Origin: Phoronis australis
Lineage: Eukaryota > Animalia > Phoronida
Assembly: GCA_002633005.1 (NCBI GenBank)
Contig: NMRA01000849.1
Location: forward strand, 1,024-65,023
Length of the DNA stretch: 64,000 nt
Direction of reading: 5' to 3'
Made by a program: the position numbers and the translations under genes. Below the pieces are notes generated by a model. That model did not search any database. It was not told where the DNA came from and was given only the letters and a program-made list of their open reading frames with translations. Positions 38,648 through 52,000 of the stretch are shown in pieces; position 1 is the first letter of the stretch, and each line of letters begins with the position of its first letter.

Positions 38648-41600
38648 TTAAACCCCTTATTTCGGATGCGGATGTTGGCTTCGACTCCGTCCTATTCGTC
38701 CCTGCGATGGAAAAATCTGCTTTTTGCGATACAGTCCTTACCAAGTTCAGCAAATCAGCAGTTTCCACCGTTATTTCCAACGCTGTGATCAACACGGCTA
38801 AATTTTCCTATTACTATTTTCAGTCCAAAAGCTAGGACACGAAAAAACACGAAGAAAACTAAGAAATTCATCGAAGCTGCACAGCTGTTCAGGGAATTTT
38901 TCACCTTTAATATTCCCGGATCGATTGTTTCTAAGTGCATGCAGCAGTAAAAGCATCGATATGAAACATGAACAAATTATCAAAATCGCTATTCTTGTGT
39001 CAAATTTTGACCCACTTTTTTATCTTGGAGGACAGCGGCACGAGTTTTAGAAGGCTTAAAAATATTTTCACAAACATTCAAACAGTAAATTTAAATTAGT
39101 GACATGTATTCTTACCAAGCATTTTGTACAATCCTAGAATTTCTACCAGAATTTAATCGTGCAGGTGAACTTATTGAGTGGATAAAGTGCTCATAATTCA
39201 TACATTTCCGACGGCACCGACATGGCGACTTCTGGTGAATTCAAGGGCATATTCAACCGGCTACTTTGTCATCGGTGAATATCTAAGTACGAAACATTTG
39301 TAGAAACGCTGCTACTAAAAGAAGTTTTGTACATTTTCCGATGTTTGTGTCATAACTATAAGGAATCTTTTATTTATTTCTGTGTGAGTACCCATTCAAA
39401 TGGCCTTGCAATCTGCTAAAAAGTAGTTGAAATTGTTTGGACATCGTTTTTGCTTGAACATAAATTTTTCTTCAAGGTATAATTGTTGGTTAGAAAGAGG
39501 CACAAATTCTTTTATAAATTTTATGCATAAATTGTGTTTTGGTTTCATGCCTTGTATCCTGTTATTTTCTTCTTCATGTAATATCAAAGCAACAAAATTT
39601 GAAAAATCTTAATATATTTATAGAAATAGGCTACATTGGGATTATGAAGTGTGAAGCTTACTCACAGCTTTATAATTTTTCATCTTCATGCTCGTCATGG
39701 TACTTAGTCGCCATCGTAACAATTATGCATGTCCACATCCATATAATTCAATGACGCTATTTTGATTCTGCCTGTATTGCTGAAATTTTGTATTTTACTT
39801 ATTATGGTAAAAGGCTGTCAGGGTCATTTTGGCTCATACATTAATTCGTGCTGAGATCACTTCAGATTTATTCTGTTAGATGTAACTTTTAGCTAAAATT
39901 TGAAGTCCGTGCGTCCAATACCTTTAAGAAATGACATTTTTATCACTTATGGGAGTTTTACAACAAGTGACAATTAGCATCCTGTATAGATTAAAATGAC
40001 TTTACATATCCATACCCAGCATGTGTCTTGGGGACGTGCGAGGCTCAAGGAAAGGGACCAAACGCGGACTGCAGGAGTTGGCACAATCGTCGATGTAAAC
40101 TGTTACCATCGACACATGAAAAATACCTTATACTTCACGCGATGTTATGATGTGTTGTCATAATGCATTGGTCGAAACGATCCATAACTGGAAATAAGCA
40201 AAAAAGGAAAAGATATCCAGTTCTTTTTGGACGTGGATAGTGGCATTCTTCAAGTAAGTTATGCTGTTTTGACACTCATATTAATTTGGAAAAAGCTAAA
40301 TTTACGTGAATTGTGTGTTGACGAAGTTCACACTCAAGTAACAAAGGACAGAAAACTTTGTTTATTGAATTGGAATTTCTGACTTACCTCGCGACAAAAG
40401 TAAACTGAAATAAAATGACGTCAAACTATGTATCTATAATGAAGCAGCTAGCTAATGCTCAGAGTTGCACAGCGAATTCAGTTGAACGAATGTATATGCA
40501 TTGGTAGACAGCATTAGACAACTGAATAGCTCATTTGCTACAAAATACTACCACATTTCTCAAAATATTAGGCACCCAAAGAAAATCTTTAAGCTTCGAT
40601 CAAACGTCAGAAAATTTGTCAAATTTGGCTAGCTTCAGAACATCGTATCTCGGAAATGGCCTATCTGGTTCACCTGAAAGTNTTAAACCCCTTATTTCGG
40701 ATCCGGATGTTGGCTTCGACTCCGTCCTATTCGTCCCCGCGATGGAAAAATCTGCTTTTTGTGATACAGTCCTTACCAAGTTCAGCAAATCAGCACAGTT
40801 TCCACGGACCGTTATTTCCAACGCTGTGATTAACATGACTACATTTTTCTATTACTATTTTCAGTCCAAAAGCTAGGACACGAAAATACACGAAAAAAAC
40901 TCAAAAAAATTCATCGAAGCTGCACAACTGTTCAGGGAATGTTTCACCTTTTATATTCCCGGATAGAGTGCTTCTAAGTGCATGCAGCACAGTAAAAGCA
41001 TCGATATTTGAGATACGAAACATGAATAAATTATCAAAATCGCACGATGCGTTCGAAAGTTATCGCTATTCATGTGTCAAATTTTGACCCACTTTTTTAT
41101 CTTGGAGGACAGCGGCACGAGTTTTAAAAGGCTTAAAAATATTTTCATAAACATTCGAACAGTAAATTTAATTTAGTGACACGTATTCTTACCTAGCATT
41201 CTGTACAATCCTAGAATTTCTACCAGAATTTAATCGTGCAGGTGAACTTATTGAGTGGATAAAGTGCTCATAATTCATACATTTCCGACGGCACCGACAT
41301 GGCGACTTCTGATGAATTCAAGGGCATATTCAACCGGCTACTTTGTCATCGGTGAATATCTAAGTACGAAACATTTGTAGAAACGCTGCTACTAAAAGAA
41401 GTTTTGTACATTTTCCGATGTTTGTGTCATAGCTATAAGGAAACTTTTATTTATTTCTGTGTGAGTACCCATTCAATTGGCCTTGCAATCTGCTAAAAAG
41501 TAGTTGAAATTGTTTGGACATCGTTTTTGCTTGAAAATAAATTTAATTCCTTCAAGGTATAATTGTTGGTTAGAAAGAGGCACATATTCTTTTATAAATT

Positions 41601-42756
41601 TCATGCATAAATTGTGTTTTGGTTTCATGCTTTGTATCCTGTTATTTTCTTCTTCAGGTAATATCAAAGCAACAAAATTGAAAAAATCTTAATTTATTTA
41701 TAGAAATACGCTACATTGGGATTATGAAGTGTGAAGCTTACTCACAGCTTTGTAATTTTTCATTTTCATGCTCGTCATGGTACTTAGTCGCCATCGTAAC
41801 AATTATGCATGTCCACTTCCATATAATTCAATGACGCTATTTTGATTCTGCCTGTATTGCTGAAATTTTGTATTTTACTTATTATGGTAAAAGGCTGTCA
41901 GGGTCATTTTGGCTCATACATTAATTCGTGCTGAGATCACTTCAGATTTATTCTGTTAGATGTAACTTTTAGCTAAAATTTGAAGTCCGTGCGTCCAATA
42001 CCTTTAAGAAATGACATTTTTATCACTTATGGGAGTTTTACAACAAGTGACAATTAGCATCCTGTATAGATTAAAATGACTTTACATATCCATACCCAGC
42101 ATGTGTCTTGGGGACGTGCGAGGCTCAAGGAAAGGGACCAAACGCGGACTGCAGGAGTTGGCACAATCGTCGATGTAAACTGTTACCATCGACACATGAA
42201 AAATACCTTATACTTCACGCGATGTTATGATGTGTTGTCATAATGCATTGGTCGAAACGATCCATAACTGGAAATAAGCAAAAAAGGAAAAGATATCCAG
42301 TTCTTTTTGGACGTGGATAGTGGCATTCTTCAAGTAAGTTATGCTGTTTTGACACTCATATTAATTTGGAAAAAGCTAAATTTACGTGAATTGTGTGTTG
42401 ACGAAGTTCACACTCAAGTAACAAAGGACAGAAAACTTTGTTTATTGAATTGGAATTTCTGACTTACCTCGCGACAAAAGTAAACTGAAATAAAATGACG
42501 TCAAACTATGTATCTATAATGAAGCAGCTAGCTAATGCTCAGAGTTGCACAGCGAATTCAGTTGAACGAATGTATATGCATTGGTAGACAGCATTAGACA
42601 ACTGAATAGCTCATTTGCTACAAAATACTACCACATTTCTCAAAATATTAGGCACCCAAAGAAAATCTTTAAGCTTCGATCAAACGTCAGAAAATTTGTC
42701 AAATTTGGCTAGCTTCAGAACATCATATCTCGGAAATGGCTGATCTGGTTCACTTG
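38648..42756. other. Near-identical 2-kb tandem duplication around the single N at 40682 (likely assembly overlap) within a repetitive element
   Basis: 38648-40681 vs 40683-42756. Confidence 0.85.
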
Positions 42757-43852
42757 ATACTTCCACACTTTATCCTTCGTGCAGTGTTCTGAAAATTAAA
42801 GCTAATTAAGAATTGTTTTCAAAATGTTCCGCTTTTGAATGAAAGCTATCAAAAATGAGGATTTTCGTGTTTTTGTGAAAAAACTTAGACGTTGGATCAA
42901 ACAAAAACGAAACGATAATGAAAGTGTTTTGAGTCTTTATCTTGATATTTAAATCAAACAAAATTTGGTCATTGTATTCGTTGCTTAACTGAGGATGTAC
43001 CATTAATTTTTCCTAAAGTTTATTATAAAGGCATGGTCACGTGCGACCAATGAACGGGAGAGTGATATTAAGTCCGAAATTATATTCTAAAGATTTTTGC
43101 TGATAGAAAATGTGTGCATTCACGAAGTTCAATCTTATAGTTTTGCAAATATTCGTCTAAATATACAGACTGGTCGATATGACACAATCTTAACTTGCTG
43201 GTGCCATCGCAGACAGCCGACTCTAATTCATGATCGCATGCATGCAGTTATGTAGGTCTCTCGCACTCAAAACTTGTGACTGGTAAACTTGGTCGCGGTT
43301 TTCAAAAGTTGGAATATAATTTCGATGAAAAGATCGGCTACAACGACCCCTGAAACTACTGCCAAACACAAAGTTGTCATCAGGTAGTGGTCTTCATTAC
43401 TAAGCGATTTTACTTTTGTTATGACCTCGTTAATTTGGTCATCTGCCCACCTAAATCATCAAATGCAAGTACGGTTTTGAGAAACTGCTGGCTGTAACTG
43501 TTTCAAACAAGAGAGTTTGCTTTAGTTGATAAATACTCTCCAGATTCTGTATTGCCCATTCTCTGCATGACGTGTTACATGCATGCTCAGAACTGCTTGA
43601 AACAGGCTCAACATCTTGGGACTCGACTTTTGCTTTCTTAAAAGACAAATGGATGGTTTTATAGCTTTTGTGCTGTTCTTTTGCGTTCACGTTCCCACAG
43701 CTCAGGGAGACCCGACTGTAGCTTCCTGCTGTTTATTGGACTGCTGTGTACACATGTACTTACTACGTTCATATATTTTTAATGCACTTAAGCAGGGTTC
43801 ATATAACACGTGTGTCCACAGAAATGAGCCCCATCTCACGCGCCTTCTTTAA

Positions 43853-44998
43853 AGAGTTCCCACCATGACCCTGTGTCTCAAAAGGAATTTAAAAATACAT
43901 CTTAAGAGATTTTTAAATCTCTTAAGACTAAAATAGCCTTTAGTACACCTGTTGCTAAAAAATAAGCCAAAAATTGAAAAAAAATGTTATCGGGTTTGTA
44001 CGTAATGGGTGGAAGACCATCTCTGCGGTTTTTTAACCAATGCGACACTGAGGAGTTGTGAGAAAAGTCCGCGGAGAGTCACCTTTTTCAAACATGACAA
44101 GATGCGTTTGTGGAGGCTGTGGTAACAACAACTTGACTGAGAACGTCTCTTTGTTCAAACTTCCTAAATACGTGAAGCTTGCACAGATATTTTGGTATCG
44201 GTTTGTGCCCCGCACGAGAGCATGGAATGCGATTCAGTCGGAAGCCACACTTTGTTCGGCACATTTCTAAGAATTGTGTTTCAACTGCACACAAAAGCGG
44301 CGTTACGATGAAGGACTCGCCACCTTGTAAGTGCACTTGCAAATTTGATAAATAACGAACAAACTGCTTCCATTCCAGGGCGAGTGATGCCAGGCCCTCG
44401 GCCCCGGCCCAGATCGAGTGCTATTGCAAAAAGGCTTAGGCACTGTGTTTAGAATGTGCTCATTCCATCATGGCAATAGTGAATTCTAGTAACCCAGATT
44501 TACTCTGGCCTTGTCAGTGATTATTAAGTGGCTATTTTGTGAATATTGACCACCCCTTGGTTCAGTTGGTTGTGGCTCACACATGTCTGCAACGTTTCTC
44601 GTGCAATTGGGCCGTGTTCATAAGGCTTCAAAGCGACCAAAGTTCGCTAAATGGGAAATCGAATTAATTGTCTGATTCTTCATGTTCTTAAGTGTGATGC
44701 TCGTACCCACTCTCCTCTCTGTCTGCATAATAATTGTCCAGTTCTCGCTCAAAATCGTCCTCGGCTTCTGACCTGCTGTGTTCCGACATTGCAATTGATT
44801 GTCAAGTGGTCAACCGTCTTCCAGCCATTACATCATTTGTCGGGAAATTTAGAAATAACTAATTTGTCTTCAAAATTAAAAAAATTCGCGACTGATTGGC
44901 ATAAAAATGTTCATTTAGTTAGATTTCATGTTATTTCTTTCATATTAGCTAACTCGACAAAACCTCAAAAAATAAAAACATTACATGATGGGAACTCC
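43853..44998 (+). mobile_element. Kolobok-like DNA transposon derivative carrying a THAP remnant
   Basis: TTAA on both sides (43849-43852, 44999-45002); TIRs AGAGTTCCCACCATG / CATGATGGGAACTCC; RR termini. Confidence 0.8.
44094..44270 (+). pseudogene. THAP zinc-finger domain fragment
   Basis: MTRCVCGGC...LFKLP...W...LCSAHF* is the C2CH THAP signature, with a stop right after HF. Confidence 0.8.
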
Positions 44999-45492
44999 TT
45001 AAACTTTGAGCCGACCACAGTGTACTGTGGACAGGTGGTTACATTGCTCAACGATATTCCAATAGTTATGGTCATTAAGAACGTACGCTGTAAGCGGTAT
45101 GCTGTAAGCTTTATTAATCTAAATTTGAAGACATATGTCACTTTGTAGTTCGTCAGTCGTAACCACTGAGGCGTCCACGTTCTTAACTTTCAGGGCCATC
45201 CATCTATAGCTACCTGATGTTTATCGGACTGTTGTGTACCAAGCATGTTCATACATTTACAACGGGCGAACCCAGGTTTTATATAACTCGCGTGCCTACA
45301 GAAATGAGCCCCTCCCTTCGCACGCGCATTCATAATTTGAGATGAAGACAGAGTACTGTGAACAGGTGGTTATATTTAATTAACCAATATTACAAGTAGT
45401 CGTGTTCAATAAGAATGTACGCTCTAAGCGATATGCTGTAAGCTTTATTAACCTAAATTCGAACCCATACTTTGTAGTTCTTTAGTCGTAGC

Positions 45493-45657
45493 CAGGGGCG
45501 GGTCCACGATTTTGAGTTGGGAGGAGGGGCGGACTGGACAGAATTTTATCCAGGATTTTGCCAATCAGACTTTCGCACCCTCAAACTGCCACTGAAATGG
45601 AACCTGGGAGAGTTTTAGGGAAGCCATGACCCATTGCCCTCCCTAAAACCGCCACTG
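45493..45657. mobile_element. hAT-like MITE with 5-bp TSD
   Basis: TIRs CAGGGGCGG / CCGCCACTG; GTAGC on both sides (45488-45492, 45658-45662). Confidence 0.7.
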
Positions 45658-46263
45658 GTAGCCGGGCGTCCACAATCTAAACATTCAGGGGGAACCATCT
45701 GCTGTTTATCGGATTGCCAACAGAAATGAGCCCCGTCTTTGTAAGTTAACCTGACCACAAAGCTACCGGCAGTACTAAAATCATGTGTTTGCACTGTTTG
45801 CTATTACATGTAGATGACAACCTATGTTTAATGAAAACTGACAATCATCCACTTTCAGCGAAAGGCATTTCTAGTATAGTCAATTAAAAAGCACAGGTAA
45901 TACGACTTAAAATCGGCTTGCTAAGGCGAACCCAAAATTCCGGTGGGGGTGCGTTCGAACCCGTCGCACTCCCCCCTCCCTGGGTACGGGCATTGCTTTA
46001 AATATTTTATGTAATGATTGTCAGGTAATAAGGTGGACGTTACCTGGCCACAGCATAAGTTTGCAGCTGACGGAGGGCACAGGTAAGACATATGACCGGT
46101 TTCCGAAATGCTAAAACTGTTACTGGTGGGACAGCACAGGTTAGAATCATTAGAAAACATGCATCTGTCATCGTTTTCTGGATAGAAACATTTAAGCTAA
46201 AATTTACCAGAGAAATCAGGTTCTAGTGTCTCCCATCAGGGGATCAGCAGCAGCCGAATTATC

Positions 46264-46900
46264 TAACAAGAGCAACGCGGAGCGTTGAAATGCGCCCACG
46301 AATGTATCGCAAATGGTGTGCTTTTAGGGTGATTTGTATCATAAAAATGGCCACTAGATGGCGCAAAAACGTACAATCCATCCAAAAATGGGAACATGCC
46401 ATATTTCATAAAAATCTGTCAAGGAACTTCAGACAAACACAGGAAAACAGAACAAAATGAATTTGCCACTTGTGGGCATAGCGTCCGTTTCATCCGCCTG
46501 AAAGTCGTCGTCTGTTATCTTCATATAAATTCACTTACTAAATTTAATAAAGATCCTGCAGTGGGTTTTGGAGATACAGCTACGGGCGCAAAACAAAACA
46601 CAACTACCACTAGGAGGCGCCACAGCAGTCAGTCACCATCATCAAACGTCCTCTTCACACTGAAAACATACGCCAATTTTCAAAACCATCCCTAGAATGA
46701 TTTGGTTGATCGAGGAGTGGACGCCAAAAGCAGGACTTGAAAACACCAGAAATGGCCACCAGGTGGTGCAAAATACCTCGATTCTATCCAAAAACAGAAG
46801 GATATCGTCATCTCACCAATAGATGCCTATATTCAAATTTTGTGAAAATCTGTTGAGGACCTTTGAAGATACAGACTGGTAAACGTAAAAAGCTATATTT
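46264..46900 (+). repeat. Non-autonomous repeat (Helentron/HINE-like, tentative); inverted relative at about 54890-55737
   Basis: Start aacaagagcaacgcggagcgttgaaatgcgcccacga; near reverse complement at 55704-55737; internal CCACTAG.GGCGC-type motifs. Confidence 0.5.
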
Positions 46901-48135
46901 TTCAACTGCATACAGCCTTTAGTCAAAGACTGTAAAATACGCGATGTTATGTCCTTTCTATAGGCTTATAAACTAAGAAAAATACATTTTTAATTTTTTA
47001 TTTACTTACATTTAGACAAAAAAGTGATGGAATATTATTTGAAATCATCAGCACCCCGCAAACTGGCCCCCAGGGGACCCAAAAATGGCTAAAATCAAAT
47101 ACACAAAATTGGGCATTTATTGAATTTTAGCATTCCAATGAAGGTTAATGGAAAAAACCTTTTGAAAAGCAAAGACTCTAGAGATAGACATCATAAAGAT
47201 TTTTTTCTTTCCTATTCTTTTAAGCCGTTTTAAAACTATTTCTCTAATTGAACCTTTTTGAACCAAAAATATGCTATTTTGGCCCCAAATATCAATGATG
47301 CTCAAAATTTGTGAAATAAACGTTTTGAACATATCTCACCACGATGTCTGAACACACAATTTTCAAGGTTGGAGGCGGCGACCCTAGAGTCGACTTTTTG
47401 GTGGTCTCGTGGAATGACAGTAAAGACGGTGCCCATTGCCCATTTTATTCGAGGTGTAATACATTCTCGGAAGACAGATAGTAGCGAGAATGTGCAAAAT
47501 GACAACAATCAGCTGGCGATAAAACACGTGTTGTAAAAACTATAGATAAGGTGAGTTCGTGGCCAAGAACTGACTTCTAACTTTTAAGTTTCACTGACGA
47601 TCAAAATCTGCCACTGTTTTGGCACTTCAAGCTTAAAAATAAAATCAAAACATAGCCCTCTAGCAAAAAAACAAAGTAGACTGGAATATTAAAAATAAAA
47701 TGACGAAAACCGCTATCAAACATATTTAAAATCTTTTGGGAAGGTACCCGTTGTCAAGGTGAACTGAAGTTGCCGTGCTTAGTTATTTATCAATATCCAA
47801 AATATACCAAATCAAAGCTGTTCTTTTGGCCTTTCAGGCGGCAACTGTGCGCAAATACCAGAGAAAACCAATGTTAGGAAGCTGGTGGTAGCCATTACCT
47901 TTCGGCTTCATAAGCTGAATACAAAAGGCGTGCTGGAAAGGCATTTTAAACGTTATTTGAGGGCAAAGGGAATCTGAGCAGTGACCGGTGTTAGCGAGAA
48001 ATTCTCCACATGTGAAGATTTTGATTGCAATTCGCCGGACTTGCAGCTGTTCACGCAGTCGGTGTCAGTGTCACAACCTGACTCTAAACGAGACATTAGA
48101 TATACAGTGTACAAGGCCTGGAGGCCTAGTTATTG

Positions 48136-48180
48136 AATACATATACATATACATATACATACACATACATACATATATAT

Positions 48181-48258
<78 letters not shown>
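48136..48258. repeat. (TACATA)n/(TA)n microsatellite
   Basis: Direct reading; it explains the spurious IYIH/YVYV ORFs. Confidence 0.95.
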
Positions 48259-48260
<2 letters not shown>

Positions 48261-48729
48261 GAAACATAGATGAAGATTCGTTAATTTTTAGATCTCTCAC
48301 AAACAGAAAAAAACGCGCTTTTGACGCAAATTTCGTTGTTTTAAAATGTGTGCTGAAAATACAGTTAAAGTAAGTGCTTTTGCATTCTGGAGCAATTGAA
48401 GTGTTGAAAGTTCGCGAATGTTGAGAAACCATGCTAAATAGTGACGGAAATTTTTGTTTGAGAAACAAGCGGATGAATATGTCTCGTTCTTGAAAGATTT
48501 TCGTTCACCTTGCTTGCTTAATTTTGGATTCGGCGCCTCAAGTTGTGAAATGTCTTCAACGGCAGCGCATAGATGATACTTCAAGTACTTTTAGTCAGAC
48601 GAATGAAGGTAGTGGTCGGGAAAGAAACCACGGAGCTACTATATTCAATGCCAGAACAGCGAAGGAGGCTGATGCAAATTTTGCTTTGCCCCAGACACAG
48701 ACTTAAGCTTCATTAATTTAGATGTCAGC

Positions 48730-51700
48730 AGTCATCACCGAAGAGGTCTTCACTGAAGATAGAGAGCAGAGCGCTGATTTCATTCTTCAGTCTGTGTCAG
48801 AGTTTCTAGAGCTGTACGTGATTTTCCACGCAAGGGAAAATTGAAGTGACCAAAGGGAGCAGCAGAGAAGGAATGGAAGCAACTCTACGAGGATACCGAA
48901 CCTGTCCTTGAAGTGACGCTGATGGGCTCTGCTCAGAAGAAGCTGGAGTCGAAGACTCTGTTGGTTTACTCAATCTAGAGAGGAGGAGAGGAGAAAGCCT
49001 AGACAACCAGCAGGCCCAGGTAGAATAAAGGCACAGGTTTTCGGAATCAATCAGGAATTGCGTCATTTGAAGAAATTGTGGGAAAATGCTATCCAACAAG
49101 AGAAAGAAGGTTCGGCACAGTTTGCTTTGAATTAAGGGAGAAGCTTTTGCGATTAAGCAATCCTGAACGATTGAGGAAGAATTGAGTTGAGCGTACCCGC
49201 ATACGAGGGAGGTTCATGACTAACCCTTTCAAGTTTGTGAATGGCATCCCTGGGAAAGAGATCAGTGGCCGTCTGAAGTGTACACAAGAGGACCTGGAAA
49301 AACACCTGAAGGACGTGCACAGTGACGGGGCCAGAGATGTTCAGTTGGCAGACTTTGGTTGGATGGATGTTGAGGATGTACCCAGCGTAGCCTTGGAAAA
49401 GGGTGACATCAGGTTCTCAAAGGTGAAGAATGTCGTAGAAAAAAGGCAAGATCAGGGTCAACTCCAGGGCCGTCGGGTCTCCCTTATAAAGTCGACAAGA
49501 AGTGGCCAAAACGTTTGTGGAAGACTCTGAGAGTTATATGGAGACACTACTGGTTGACAGCCGCTAGAGACGGGATAATGGCAAGATGTACTTTATGCCA
49601 TACGCATTGAATCCGTCGAGTGCAATACGGCCAATGCAATTATAATGTTTCCCGCATTCGCCTCCCGCACTACTTCCTGACATGGAAAGTTCAAAACGTA
49701 GGTCAATGTCGACTCGACGTCTTTAGCCGGTTCGATCATCAAACTTTTCGAATGCAGTTTAAAATAATACAGTTGCAGCAGTTTAAATAACGTTCGACAT
49801 GCAATCAGGCCCTTAGCGTAACATCTGGTACAAAACTGTTCATTATATGTCAATTCTGGCTCTGTTTCCAATTGCTAAATATTATATCGTCTGCAACTCA
49901 GGTGCCGATTCCTCGGTAACTGCAATATCAAATACTTTTTATTTAACTATTTTAAGTAGATTTAGAAGTTCAATGCACAGTTACCATTGTTTCGGTCTGT
50001 GTTATCTATATTTCAAAACTGTGCCTTTACTACAGAGAACTTGCAACCTAACGCGCAGGTAAATACATATAGGATGTGATCCACGACGTGAACAGTCTGA
50101 GTGAAGCTGCCGAAAAATGAAAGAAACTTAGGAGTTCGAAGCGTATGGGATAAATACAAAACGTACCTCGTACATGAAGTGATATCCCACTCGACATTAT
50201 TCTTCGTATCGTACGCAGAATAATGTCCCGTGGGATATGTACGCCACTCTCGGTACGTTTTTTGTATACCGGTATGTCCACCGTCCTTTTCATCATGGCT
50301 ATGCAAACTGGCTAGAAAGGAGTGCAGAAAAATTTTGCTGCAGGGTACAAGGATGACATCTTGCAGAGCATTTGTGGATGATTTGACTATCACAACACGG
50401 TTTGTTGCAGGTGCCGGTTGGTTGGTCAAAAATCTAGGAGAGCTAGCAAATTGGGCACGCATGAGTTTCAAGGTGTCAAATCCTTGTGATTGTGAAGGGA
50501 AAAGTCAACCTACACCATACCTTAGAGATTAGATCGAGTGCCATCCCATCTGTGAGCAGGAAACAAATCAAATATTTAGGGATATCATACCACGGGTCTT
50601 TGAAAGATGTTGGACATATCACGGCAAGGAGCTGAATGACAATTTGGTCAAGATTGAGAAAAGTGGTGTCCCGGACAGATAAAAAGTCTGGTGTTACCAA
50701 TTTGGGCTTTTCGCTAAGGTCACGTGGCCACTGACAGTATACAATTTCTCAATTTTATCTGCAGAGAAAGTGGAAATGTTGGTGAGCAGATGGTTAAGGA
50801 AGTAGTTGGGGGTTCCTCCAAGCTTTGCAAGACTCGGCTTATGCATCAAAGGTGGTCCGTTTCTCTACCAAAAACATCTATTGTGGAAGAGTTCAAGGTA
50901 GTGAAGTGGTGAACATTATTGAATCTGCGTAACTCGAGGGATAACATCATCAGGAAGGGCGACTTATCGATAGATTTTAAAGGAAGTGGAAGGCTGCTGC
51001 ATCAGTAGAGGAGGCAGAGAGTAGGTTGAGACAAAAAGACATTGTAGGTACAGTTTACTATGGAGGACAGGGATTGGGAATGGTTCCAGGGATGAGCGGA
51101 AGCGCGAAATGGTGCTGGACGAAGTTACATGTAGATCCCAAGAGAACGAGAGAAGATATAAAGAAGCGATTGGAATGAGGAAACAGGGTGCATAGACATC
51201 ATGGGAAGGAGTGCATGATAGAAGGCTTACTGATAGAAATCCTCTGTCTTCATAACGGGTTTTCTACTTGGATCTGTATACGACACTCTTCCCGCAGCAG
51301 TCAATTTTCGGACGTTGGGCATGACTGAGGATGAAAACTGCAAGGGCTGTGGCAAGCGCTGTATGTTAGAACACGTTCTATTCAGCTGCAAAAGTGAAGT
51401 GTATTGCACATGCTTTAGATCAAGAGAGAAGGAAGAAGACGACTCACTAGGGCAAGGGAGTCATCCAGCTCTACAAAGGCGAAATATCAACAAGAAAATG
51501 TGACTGGTGTTCTAGGAATGGCGGCTGACTGGAAGATTGTGGTGGATGTGGTCACTAGGAGTTCAGTCCCGAATCATCAAGGAGTTTCCCAGTTGAGACC
51601 AGATTTGGTGTTGTTGTCTGAAAGAAAGAATGTAGCGATTCTGATCGAGTGAACTGTGACCTCGGAAACTATTGTGCACCAGAACTCTCACGGAAGGAAA

Positions 51701-52000
51701 CTTCTTAAGTACGAGGAGCTATCCCAGGAATGTGCATCGTATGGTTTGAAGCGCTTCTGTCTTCCTGAAGAAGTTGGATGCCGAGGGTTCATTACAAACA
51801 GCATGTGGCGGATGACGAAGCTATTGGGCATTTCACCTAGATGGGAGCTGACATGTTTAAGTCTACAGTAAGAGCGCCGGAGGAAGCAACCGAGTTGCTG
51901 TGGTTACAACGAGAGAACAACTGGCAACCCCAGCGTCGACTGAAGGTCAAAGACCTACCATAGGAAAGGGATCTAGGACAAGGTCGAAATGCACATTGAA
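48730..52000 (+). mobile_element. Heavily decayed RLE-type non-LTR retrotransposon (HERO-like)
   Basis: FMTNPFKF, RAFVDDLTITT, NWARMSFK, zinc finger CKGC...HVLFSC, restriction-like endonuclease RPDLVL...KYEEL...EVGCRGF. Many stops and frameshifts; about 49540-50290 is unrelated sequence. Confidence 0.8.

Larger units (their letters stand above)
43690..45740 (+). repeat. Degenerate tandem array (unit roughly 330 bp) interrupted by two transposons
   Basis: acagaaatgagcccc recurs at about 43818, 45298 and 45720; tgctgtaagctttattaa occurs twice. Confidence 0.7.

Noticed and set aside
47988-48468. ORFs with IYIH/YVYV repeats
   Set aside because: Translation of a TA/TACATA microsatellite.
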